NCBI GenBank assembly: GCA_963719515.1
Contig: CAVRCJ010000001.1
Coordinates: forward strand, 310,942 to 374,941
Length of the DNA stretch: 64,000 nt
Reading direction: 5' to 3'
DNA from: an uncultured cyanobacterium
GTDB taxonomy: Bacteria; Cyanobacteriota; Cyanobacteriia; CAKZMO01
The notes below the pieces were generated by a model, which did no database searches, was not told the DNA's origin, and worked only from the letters and a program-made list of their open reading frames with translations. This document shows positions 1 through 8,659 of this stretch, in pieces; the first letter of the stretch is position 1, and each line of letters opens with the position of its first letter. The translations under genes and the position numbers were made by a program.

Positions 1-3000
1 TGATCGCTAGTCGCCCGGCCAATATGCAAGCTGCCGATTTCAACGCCAGCAGTATGGATAGGTAAGCACAAGAGAGCAGAAATGCCAGACGATTTGAGCT
101 TATCGATTAGGGTTTCATTGTGTGGCTCTGTCAAGCTGTCGATGCGGTAGATTTGATTGTTAATAATGCTCTCAAAGAGTTGAGGAAAATTTTCAGAACG
201 ATAGGTTCCGACACAGCTGCGCAGCCCGCTCACTTTCCTCTCTTCTACCACCTCTATCTGCCCTGAGGGCAGACCTGAGCTGTCGCTATCTTTGGTGTAC
301 CAAGCAAAAACGCAGCTATCCACCGGAAACTCCACAACAATGCCAGTGACGAGATTGCGTAGAATAATGTTGAGATCGAGGGAGTCGCGAATTTCTGAAC
401 CGATGCGGTTGAGGAGCTGCGCTCGGCTAAGCAAGTGGTGGACCTGCGCTTCAGCTTGCCGGCGATCGGTTACATCTTGTATAGTGACCACCACCCCAAA
501 AACGCTCCCGTTTAGATCTTTTAGAGGCGCTTTGTTGGTCACAAGCCAGCGCTGTTCACCACCGGGTACCGTCAAGGGCTCCTCAATTCCAAGCGTTGGT
601 TTACCCGACTCCATCACCTCTCTATCGTCAGCGCGAAAGTGCTCAGCTTCGCTTTGGTCTACGACAATTTCGAAATCGGTCTTGCCGACAATTTCAGCTG
701 AGGATTTAAATCCAAGAATTGTGGCGAGCTGCTGATTACAGCCTAAATAGACAGAATTACGATCTTTCCAATTGACCGGTATTGGCAGCGTGTCTAGCAC
801 CGTCTGCAAGAACTGCTCTCGCTCTCGCAGGGCAGCTGTACGTTCCTCAACCTTAATCTCTAGCTGTTGGTTGAGCTGCTCCGACAAAACTAATGCCCGC
901 TGGCGCTCTAGCTCCGCTGCTGCGCGAGCAGCAAAGACGTGCAGAATTCGGATTGTCTGCTGTGGCGCTTGAAGAGCCTGCTTGTGCATGACAAACAGGG
1001 TACCGATAGCATTTCCTGCACCATCGCGCAGGGCGACACCGAGATAGGCCCGCAGATCGCCCCAGGGGTGATCTGCGGCCTCCGCAAAGGTATCTTTGAT
1101 GGGGCCTTCCAAGTAAAACGAGCCGTCTTGTAAGGTACGCCCGCAGGGAAGGGTGGTGGCATCAAAGGGGGGCAAGTCTTGAAGCTTGCCATCAGCCCAA
1201 GATGCCAAGACATGAAGCTTGTTGTCAATCCATTCAGTGATACCGGCGTGGGAAACGTTGAGGCCCTGTGAGATATGCCTGGCCAATGCAGGAAAAAAGT
1301 CCTGCCCGGTGGTCGCTGCTGTGCCCTCAAATAGGTTTTGCAGCTGTGCTTCAGCTTGCTTACGCTCGGTAATATCTCGAACGACAACCAAAACCTCTTG
1401 CGCGTTGAGAGGAGCAATGCGAACTTCTTCGTGGCGCAAGTCTCCGTCGAAATCGAAGATCTGCTCGTAAACCTGTAGGCTCTCGCTTTCAATGGCCTGG
1501 TTAGCGTAATGGAGGCGCTGCTGTGCTAGCTCAGGGGGCAGCGCCGCATAGACGTCTCGGTTATCAAGCAATTGGGGAGGATGTTTGATGTGAACGGCGC
1601 TTCCCCCAGCGATGCGGCTGTAGCGCCCGTGCCGATCCATCTGAATCAGCAGGTCAGGCATCGTGTTGATGATGGCGCGGTTGGTCAATTCACTCTGCCG
1701 CAAAGCCGCCTCGGCCCGCTTCCGCTCGCTGATGTCCCGAATCATCAGCAAGACTTCATCGTCACCGCTCTTGATCAGGCGCACCTCCTCGTCCTGAAAG
1801 CGATCGCCCACCTGCACCCGCTGCTCGTAGATCTGCAGCTCTCCGGTGCGTAAAGCCTGCTCTATATAGTAGCGCTGTTTAACCGCAATTTTCTCTGGAA
1901 GCACATCTGCCATCGCCAGCCCAGTCGGATCGACAGATTCAGGAATGATGACGAGTCCGCGCCGGTCCGTTACAGCTTCCCGATAAACGCCATCAGCACC
2001 GATGCGCAGCATGTAGTCCGGAATGACGGCCAAAAGCGCTCGGCTTTCAGCCTCTCGCTGCTGCAGCGCTATCTCGGCCTGCTTGCGATCGCTAATGTCA
2101 ATAAGGATACCGACATAGCCAACAATTTTCCCGCAGCCATCGTGCTCTGCCATAGCCTGACAGTAGGCCCAAACGACCGTCCCATCAGGTCGAAGGAAAC
2201 GGCACTCAAGCCGAATTTCGCGCTGCTCTTGAACCGATTGCTCCCAAGCTCCGACGACAGGGCTGTGGTCCTCGGGATGGATGGACTGCTGCCAGCCGGC
2301 TCTGAGAGAGGACTCTAAGGTCGCGCCCGTGATTTTACAGTAGCGATCGTTGACATAGGTGCAGCTGCCTAACGCATCGGTGCGGAAAATGCCGACAGGG
2401 ACCACAGCGGCTAGAGACGCATAACGACGCTCGCTTTCAAGCAAAAGCGCTTCGATTCGCCGGCGTTCGTTCAGCTCTTGGTCTAATGCGAGCTGGAGGC
2501 TTTCACAGGTGACTAAACCGATGGGGTAGTCCTGTTCATTCAAGATGGGCAGCTGCCGACCGCAATGCTGCTGAATTAGGGCGATCGCCGCAGACACATC
2601 GACCAGCTCAGCCTCCCTGAGGCTAAGGGTAGCCGGCGTCATGACTTGTCCAACAGTGTCGGAGGGCGATCGCTGTTGGGCGCTCAGGCGCACGACGTCC
2701 GCCTCGGTCAACATCCCGGCGTATCGTCCATTGTCTACAACGAGCACGCAGCTTGACCGTATCCGCTGATGGAGCGGCAAGTTGCTCCCCCTATGCTGGA
2801 AGGAGGGCGACCCGGAGGCCTTTGGTAGGGAGGCACCGCCTCGGACGCGACGCCCCTGTACATTGCTTACCGCGACGCCGCTCCTCTGAACCTCGTTGGT
2901 CTGGGCAATCTCCCCCTGGGCCTTACTCATCAGAACAATCGCGTCTACTGCTGCCGTATCCGGCGAAACAATGAGCGGGTTCCGTATGATAAACGGTCCA

Positions 3001-3023
3001 AGGTCTGCAAGATTTGAGGGCAT
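1..3023 (-). CDS. Multi-domain sensor protein (CBS pair, several PAS, GAF); C-terminus runs off the left edge, output domain not visible
   Basis: Hand translation from ATG at 3023: MPSNLADLGPFIIRNPLIVSPDT...SSCVLVVDNGRYAGMLTEADVVRL (CBS), ERRYASLAAVVPVGIFRTDALGSCTYVNDRY (PAS), FAARAAAELER (GAF end). Not in the ORF track because no stop falls in the window. Confidence 0.8.
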   Translation of the reverse strand, partial: MPSNLADLGPFIIRNPLIVSPDTAAVDAIVLMSKAQGEIAQTNEVQRSGVAVSNVQGRRVRGGASLPKASGSPSFQHRGSNLPLHQRIRSSCVLVVDNGRYAGMLTEADVVRLSAQQRSPSDTVGQVMTPATLSLREAELVDVSAAIALIQQHCGRQLPILNEQDYPIGLVTCESLQLALDQELNERRRIEALLLESERRYASLAAVVPVGIFRTDALGSCTYVNDRYCKITGATLESSLRAGWQQSIHPEDHSPVVGAWEQSVQEQREIRLECRFLRPDGTVVWAYCQAMAEHDGCGKIVGYVGILIDISDRKQAEIALQQREAESRALLAVIPDYMLRIGADGVYREAVTDRRGLVIIPESVDPTGLAMADVLPEKIAVKQRYYIEQALRTGELQIYEQRVQVGDRFQDEEVRLIKSGDDEVLLMIRDISERKRAEAALRQSELTNRAIINTMPDLLIQMDRHGRYSRIAGGSAVHIKHPPQLLDNRDVYAALPPELAQQRLHYANQAIESESLQVYEQIFDFDGDLRHEEVRIAPLNAQEVLVVVRDITERKQAEAQLQNLFEGTAATTGQDFFPALARHISQGLNVSHAGITEWIDNKLHVLASWADGKLQDLPPFDATTLPCGRTLQDGSFYLEGPIKDTFAEAADHPWGDLRAYLGVALRDGAGNAIGTLFVMHKQALQAPQQTIRILHVFAARAAAELERQRALVLSEQLNQQLEIKVEERTAALREREQFLQTVLDTLPIPVNWKDRNSVYLGCNQQLATILGFKSSAEIVGKTDFEIVVDQSEAEHFRADDREVMESGKPTLGIEEPLTVPGGEQRWLVTNKAPLKDLNGSVFGVVVTIQDVTDRRQAEAQVHHLLSRAQLLNRIGSEIRDSLDLNIILRNLVTGIVVEFPVDSCVFAWYTKDSDSSGLPSGQIEVVEERKVSGLRSCVGTYRSENFPQLFESIINNQIYRIDSLTEPHNETLIDKLKSSGISALLCLPIHTAGVEIGSLHIGRATSD

Positions 3024-3313
3024 AGGGCTGTGGGCTTATTCCTTCTTCCGGCGGCAGCACCTCTCTAAATACTTAGAGGCAAAGATTCACCTTGCGATCG
3101 CTGTCTCGTGCATAGGATTGAGAGATCTATTATTTAGACTGAACTTCGCGGGCGATCGCTGTCTTGACATGGGTTTCCCGCACCCTAGATAGATTATAGT
3201 CGAAGGCTTCCCTACAGCAATTTCTCTAAAAACTATTCCTTATTGCCAAAACTGCTGCGGTTTGATCTTTAAACCAGCAGGCCCAGCGCCGCAAATCTCC
3301 GCTGCCGCCCGTC

Positions 3314-4831
3314 TCAACGCTGCCATTCTAGCCACTTCGCCGCAAGCTTCTTAATCAACGGCGTGAACTGCTGCAGGCTATACGCTTCTGCGGCTTTGCG
3401 GATCACCTCCGCCTGGGTGGGGTAGGGGTGAATGACGTCAGCGATCGCCCCGAGCCCTAGTCCCTTGGTCATCGCCAGGGTGATTTCGTTGATTATTTCC
3501 CCCGCGTGGGCCGCCACCACCGTCGCCCCCAAGATGCGGTCTTTGCTTGGGGCTAGGTAAATCTTGGCAAACCCCTCGGTCTCCCCATCGGCGATCGCCC
3601 GATCGACGTCGCCCAAAGGCACGTGAAAGACGCGACAGCCCGCCTGTGACGCCTCGCTCGCCGAGAGACCCACCTGTGCGAGCTCAGGGTCGGTATAAAC
3701 GCAGGACGGCATCGTGAGATCGTTCAGCTCACGACACCCGATGCCAAAGGGGGCAAACAGAGCATTTTGAACAACAATGCGGGCCGCTGCATCCGCCGCG
3801 TGGGTAAACTTCCAGGCCATGCAGCAGTCCCCTACGGCGTAGATGGTAGGGCTGGAGGTTTGTAGACGCTCGTTGATGAGGATGCCTTTCTTTTTGTCGG
3901 CTTTGACGCCCCCCTGCTCTAGCCCCAAGCTGCTGATGTTGGGGGCACGGCCGACGCTCACCAGCACGGCGTCCACCTCCACCGAGCGGGCGGCCCCGTT
4001 GCTCTCGTAATGCACGACCTTTGCGCTACCCTGCTGCGCTACCCGCGTCACGTCGGCGTTGAGCAGCAGGGTTACCCCCTCATGGGCAAACCGGCGCTGC
4101 AGGAGCTCCGACACTTCAGGCTCACCAGCGCTGAGAATGCGATCGCCTCGCTGCAGCAGCGTTACCGCCGTTCCCAGGCGCTGAAACGCCTGGGCCAGCT
4201 CGCAGCCGATATAGCCGCCGCCAATCACCGCCAGTCGTTGAGGACGCTCGGTGAGGTTGAAGATATTCTCGTTGGTGAGGTGCTCTACGGTGTCTAGTCC
4301 CTCAATGGGCGGCAGCACCGGACTAGAGCCGGTAGCAATGACGGCTTTCTTGAACCGCAGAATTTGGGTGCCGACGGCGATCGCATCTTTGCTGATAAAT
4401 TTGGCTTCGCCGAAGAAAAGGTCAATGCCATATGTCTTGACCATATGCTCGGCGGAGTCGTTCTCGCTGATTTCGGCCCGCACCTGGCGCACCCGTTCCA
4501 TTACTTCAGAAAAATTGACTGCGACGCCTTCAGGGACATTGACGCCAAAGCGATGAGCCTGCCGCACCTCATGGGCGGCGCGGGCGGCGCGAATCAAGGT
4601 TTTGGAGGGGATGCAGCCGACGTTGGTGCAGTCGCCCCCTAGCAAATGCTTTTCGATTAGAGCGACTTTACCGCCCAATAGACCGGCCCCGCCCGCGGTG
4701 ACTAGGCCAGCAGTGCCGCCGCCAATGACAACCAGGTTATAGCGCTCGGCGGGGGTGGGATTTTGCCAGTTTGGAGGGTGAACGTGGGAGAGAAGGGTGC
4801 GGTTGTGGTGGTCGAGGGGAGAAAGGGTCAT
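3314..4831 (-). CDS. FAD-dependent pyridine nucleotide-disulfide oxidoreductase (mercuric reductase/dihydrolipoamide dehydrogenase-like)
   Basis: GGGTAG FAD motif, GGDCTNVGC redox disulfide, GGGYIG NAD(P) motif, HPYPTQAE. Likely ATG at 4831. Confidence 0.9.
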   Translation of the reverse strand: MTLSPLDHHNRTLLSHVHPPNWQNPTPAERYNLVVIGGGTAGLVTAGGAGLLGGKVALIEKHLLGGDCTNVGCIPSKTLIRAARAAHEVRQAHRFGVNVPEGVAVNFSEVMERVRQVRAEISENDSAEHMVKTYGIDLFFGEAKFISKDAIAVGTQILRFKKAVIATGSSPVLPPIEGLDTVEHLTNENIFNLTERPQRLAVIGGGYIGCELAQAFQRLGTAVTLLQRGDRILSAGEPEVSELLQRRFAHEGVTLLLNADVTRVAQQGSAKVVHYESNGAARSVEVDAVLVSVGRAPNISSLGLEQGGVKADKKKGILINERLQTSSPTIYAVGDCCMAWKFTHAADAAARIVVQNALFAPFGIGCRELNDLTMPSCVYTDPELAQVGLSASEASQAGCRVFHVPLGDVDRAIADGETEGFAKIYLAPSKDRILGATVVAAHAGEIINEITLAMTKGLGLGAIADVIHPYPTQAEVIRKAAEAYSLQQFTPLIKKLAAKWLEWQR

Positions 4832-4951
4832 GGCGATCGCCCAATGTTTAGCGCTGTCAGCGGCTATTGCTTTTGCAGGCTGCACCGGCAGTCGTAAGAA
4901 AGAATCATATACTGAAAAAACGTGGCGCAGTAGTTATCTGGAAGCTGTCAT

Positions 4952-5443
4952 ATGAATCGCCGGCTGTTCTCTAAGCTCTCGCTCGCTTTTGCGGCAGGGG
5001 GCATTGCCTTATCAGGCTGCTCAGGGGCCAGAAGCAGTGCCGCAGGTCGGCAAACGTCCCTCTCAGCGGTGAACAAGCTGATGGTATTCCGCAGCCCAAC
5101 CTGCGGCTGCTGCGAACAGTGGGTCGACCACATGACGGCAGCAGGCTTTCAGGTGCAGGATAAGGTTACCGATGAGATGGTGATGGTGAAGCAGCGCTAT
5201 GGGGTGCCGCCGCAGCTAGAGTCTTGCCACACCGCCCTGGTCAATGGCTACGTTATCGAAGGTCATGTCCCAGCGGCGGATGTGCAGCGGCTGCTCGCGG
5301 AGCGTCCCGACGTGGCGGGAATTGCGGCACCGGGGATGCCTGCCGGCTCTCCTGGTATGGAGCAGGGCGATCGCATCGATCCCTACAGGGTAGTTTCCTT
5401 CACGGCAGGCGGGGCAACAGCTATTTTCGCAGAGCATTTATAA
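4952..5443 (+). CDS. DUF411-family periplasmic metal-binding protein
   Basis: MNRRLF Tat-like leader with lipobox-like LSGC; SPTCGCCEQW, SCHT, EGHVPA, PGMPAGSPGME motifs. Confidence 0.85.
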   Translation: MNRRLFSKLSLAFAAGGIALSGCSGARSSAAGRQTSLSAVNKLMVFRSPTCGCCEQWVDHMTAAGFQVQDKVTDEMVMVKQRYGVPPQLESCHTALVNGYVIEGHVPAADVQRLLAERPDVAGIAAPGMPAGSPGMEQGDRIDPYRVVSFTAGGATAIFAEHL

Positions 5444-5683
5444 CCACTGATCGCTTTCTAGCAGACGCTTCGACTGGGCGGGCATCTCTTGGTGGCAAGA
5501 GCCACATCGCCAATACACTTCGCCGGAACGAACGTGACGCAGCAGTACGTCGGAACAACAGAGGCAGGTTCGTCGACCTCGGGGAGCTGAGCATTTCTTC
5601 GAATCGGTCAACGGATGAAGGACTTCTTTGAAAGGAACAACGTGATGTAGAGACGATGCGTTGGTATTCAGCAGTGCTTTCAT
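5438..5683 (-). CDS. Small putative zinc-ribbon protein
   Basis: CLCCSDVLLRHVRSGEVYWRCGSCHQEMP contains two CxxC pairs. Confidence 0.6.
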   Translation of the reverse strand: MKALLNTNASSLHHVVPFKEVLHPLTDSKKCSAPRGRRTCLCCSDVLLRHVRSGEVYWRCGSCHQEMPAQSKRLLESDQWL

Positions 5684-6210
5684 GGTAATCACCGTTAAAT
5701 TTAAAGTGGTTTTGTTAAAGCGAAGTTAGTTTTTAAAGGATTTAGCCGCGACAGTTAAACTATCGGTTTAAATTGGGGTCGTTAAATTGGTGAAAGAAAC
5801 GATCACAGCATGCTATGAGAGACTTGATTTATTAGGTAAGTGTCAACTTATCTAAATCCGACATGCGTTTCTTCTACACAAAGGCGTAAATCGAGGTTTG
5901 AAGGCGTAGGTCTATAAGCGGACTAGCAGTACTTTAGAGCAATCTATTGGCCTCGAATTTAGTCTATGCTACGGTGCCCAGCCTGTGCTAGGACTACCAA
6001 ACGTTTTGTTAACTTGTATCAAGCCAGGTAAACTTTAGAAAGTATCTTATATCGCTTAAGGAAGAAGAAAAGAGCCTAGCAGAGCTTTTGCAGCTGCCTC
6101 CTCTTATGGGTTTGGGTATGAGGGCGTGGCAAACGCTTTCCCTCTGGATAACCGCAAAGAAAATCAACAGTTATACACATTAATTGTGTAGCGATAACTA
6201 AACGTAGCTA

Positions 6211-7431
6211 TCAGGAGGAGATCGAATCGTCCCCGCGAACTGCATCGAGAATAGCCGCAAAAATACTGTCTACATCCGCCAGTGGATTGGCGGCAACAGA
6301 GCGCAGCCAATGTCGGTTATCCAGCACGCAGGTTGACAGCATCCCGTCCGGTAAGCGGCGGCGGGCTTCTTCCGTTGAGCAGGTTAGAGGGCGAAATACC
6401 GTGACCCCGGTTTTGGGCATCGCCCACAGCTCAATATCCGATTCAGCGCTGAGTCGCTCGGCCAAGCGGGTCGCGATCGCCATCGACCGGTCAATCCGCT
6501 CGGCAACGCCGGCCCGGCCCCAAGCCAGCAGCGTGGCCAGCAGCGGGACTGCCGCAGCACCACGAGACCCTTGAACACCTATATTCGGGTCGGTGAGATA
6601 GCTGCCGCTAAAGCTGATGGCCTTGTGGGCGTCGGGCTCCCGAAACAAAATTAAGGCTGATTCTTTGGGCTGAAAGAGCCATTTATGGGCCGATAGGGTC
6701 ACCGAGTCTGCTGCCTCAACGCCCGCTAGCAAATGTCCGTGAACGGCACTGAGCCGCAGCGGTCCGCCCCAGGCGGCATCGACGTGGGTCCATTGCGCCT
6801 GGCCTATAAGATGAAGTGGGTCAATCGCTCCTGTCGTAGTGGTTCCAGCAATGAGCACGAGTGCAGCATCAGCCAGGTCGCCCAAACGACTGGCATCGAG
6901 CCGACCTCGAGCATCGAGAGGCACCTGCTCATAGGGGAGCCCCAGGATACGGGCGGCTTTCTCAACACTAACGTGAGCGGCCTGTGAAGCAACCACTCTT
7001 TTGACGCCTTTTCCATCCCGCGCGGCCCACAGGGCTGTCAGGTTGGCCAGCGTCGAACCGGAACAGAGGTGACCACTCGCCATCCCAAAAAAAGGCGTCA
7101 GCCAATCTATGACGAGCCGTTCGGCCTCGGTGGCGAAGGGGGCAGTGGAGCGGTGGAGCAGGTTTTGATTGAGACGGGCATTCCAAAGCGCCATGGCCCA
7201 GGTAATCCATGGGGTGGGCGGATCCATATGGGCAAGAACATGGCGATCGCCAAGGGCAGCTGCACCGCCCAGAACATGGGGCGCAAGGCGCTCTAAGGTC
7301 TCTAGCTCTCCTAAACCCTGCTCGGGGCATGAGGCGGGTAGATCAGCCGCATTGAAGGGGGCCTGGCGCAGTAGCTCAACCGCGCGCTCTAGTCCGGCAT
7401 TAGGTGAAAAACTGCTATCAAAATGACTCAT
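6211..7431 (-). CDS. Group II PLP-dependent decarboxylase-family protein
   Basis: GSTLANL, AHVSVEKAA, GTTTTGAIDP, HVDAAWGG, SAHKWL (PLP lysine). Confidence 0.9.
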   Translation of the reverse strand: MSHFDSSFSPNAGLERAVELLRQAPFNAADLPASCPEQGLGELETLERLAPHVLGGAAALGDRHVLAHMDPPTPWITWAMALWNARLNQNLLHRSTAPFATEAERLVIDWLTPFFGMASGHLCSGSTLANLTALWAARDGKGVKRVVASQAAHVSVEKAARILGLPYEQVPLDARGRLDASRLGDLADAALVLIAGTTTTGAIDPLHLIGQAQWTHVDAAWGGPLRLSAVHGHLLAGVEAADSVTLSAHKWLFQPKESALILFREPDAHKAISFSGSYLTDPNIGVQGSRGAAAVPLLATLLAWGRAGVAERIDRSMAIATRLAERLSAESDIELWAMPKTGVTVFRPLTCSTEEARRRLPDGMLSTCVLDNRHWLRSVAANPLADVDSIFAAILDAVRGDDSISS

Positions 7432-7616
7432 GCGATTCTGCCGTTACCCTCCATCCAACTCGCTCTTAAAGCTAATATCTATAAAAATCTTTGCAGACTA
7501 GCGCCATGCGCCCCCAAAGCGAAGAACCAGAACGGCGACGGTGCCCCCCCGCAAAACCTCTCGATTGTATACTCGAATTCTAAGGGAACGAGCGTTTATG
7601 GGATTTTGCGACCACT

Positions 7617-8396
7617 ATGCTACCGAAGGACGACTTGCTCAAGGCGGTTGAGAATCGAGAAACCGCGACTCGTGTGATCGACCAGGCGGAGCAGGCGCTG
7701 CGCACCTGGGAGATTGTTCAGACGGGGTTCCTATCGCCGCCGGAGCTGATGGATGCTGAGGCTATGTTTCAGCAGCTTACAGAGCTGACTAGCCTTGCGG
7801 GCGGGGGCTATCCTCAGGCTGAGCGCCAGCGCCTCGCGATCGCCCGCTCTGAGCTACCCCTAGACCCCTCTCAGATTGAGCTTACCGCCATTAGCATCGC
7901 CGGAAATTTCCTCTTTGACACGGCGACCCACCGCGACTTTATGGGGGCGCTGCTAGGGACAGGTATCGTGCGCGATAAGGTGGGAGACATCGTCGTGCTG
8001 GGCGATCGCGGGGCGCAGGCGGTGGTGGTGCCGGAACTGGTAGAGTTTTTGCAGATGAGCTTGACCCAGGTGCGTACGGTGCCGGTGAAGGTGGAGCCCA
8101 TCGATCTAGGTGAGCTGAAGGTGCGCGAACCCCGCCGCAAGGAGATGACTACGGTGGAGGCGTCGCTGCGGTTAGACGCGATCGCCTCGGCGGGCTTTGG
8201 TATGTCCCGCAGCAAGATGGTGGACCTGATCAGCGGCGGCAGCGTGCGGGTGAACTGGCGGGATGTGACCCAATCTAGCCACCAGCTTGCTGCGGGGGAT
8301 CTAGTGGCGATTCGCGGTAAGGGGCGGCTGGAAATTGGGGAGGTCAGCGTGACGAAGAAGGACCGTTATCGAGTGAATCTGACGCGGCTGGTGTAA
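7617..8396 (+). CDS. Photosystem II S4-domain protein (Sll1252/YlmH family)
   Basis: FLSPPE, GGYPQAERQR, HRDFMGAL, SLRLDAIASAGF...VNW...GDLVAIRGKGRL S4 domain. Confidence 0.9.
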   Translation: MLPKDDLLKAVENRETATRVIDQAEQALRTWEIVQTGFLSPPELMDAEAMFQQLTELTSLAGGGYPQAERQRLAIARSELPLDPSQIELTAISIAGNFLFDTATHRDFMGALLGTGIVRDKVGDIVVLGDRGAQAVVVPELVEFLQMSLTQVRTVPVKVEPIDLGELKVREPRRKEMTTVEASLRLDAIASAGFGMSRSKMVDLISGGSVRVNWRDVTQSSHQLAAGDLVAIRGKGRLEIGEVSVTKKDRYRVNLTRLV

Positions 8397-8469
8397 GTGC
8401 TATGCGTCTTGGCTGATGCTGTGTTATCTTGGTTATCCGCGTGGGTGTTACTTACCTGCTGTGGATTCC

Positions 8470-8543
8470 GGACGTATAGCTCAGTTGGTTAGAGCACCAC
8501 GTTGACATCGTGGGGGTCACTGGTTCGAGTCCAGTTACGTCCA
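8470..8543 (+). tRNA. tRNA-Val(GAC)
   Basis: Acceptor stem GGACGTA/TACGTCC, D arm GCTC...GAGC, anticodon stem CCACG/CGTGG with GAC at 8504-8506, T loop GGTTCGAGTCC. Confidence 0.97.
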
Positions 8544-8587
8544 TCTCCTAAAGCATAGTGCTCGGTACAAATACGGTACGGTGCTAT

Positions 8588-8622
8588 TTTCTAGCCCCCG
8601 TAATCGTTTCGGGGTCTAGAAA
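8588..8622. terminator. Stem-loop between the tRNA and the convergent caspase gene
   Basis: TTTCTAGCCCCCG...CGGGGTCTAGAAA imperfect inverted repeat. Confidence 0.55.
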
Positions 8623-8659
8623 GTGCCCTATCCTGACCTTTGCGACCTGGCGCGACGAT

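Noticed and set aside
292..3192. Short ORFs listed in the track
   Set aside because: They are antisense or out-of-frame shadows of the long minus-strand sensor gene.
3314..4831. merA (mercuric reductase) call
   Set aside because: No C-terminal Cys-Cys pair, no N-terminal HMA domain and no mer genes nearby; kept as a generic family member.
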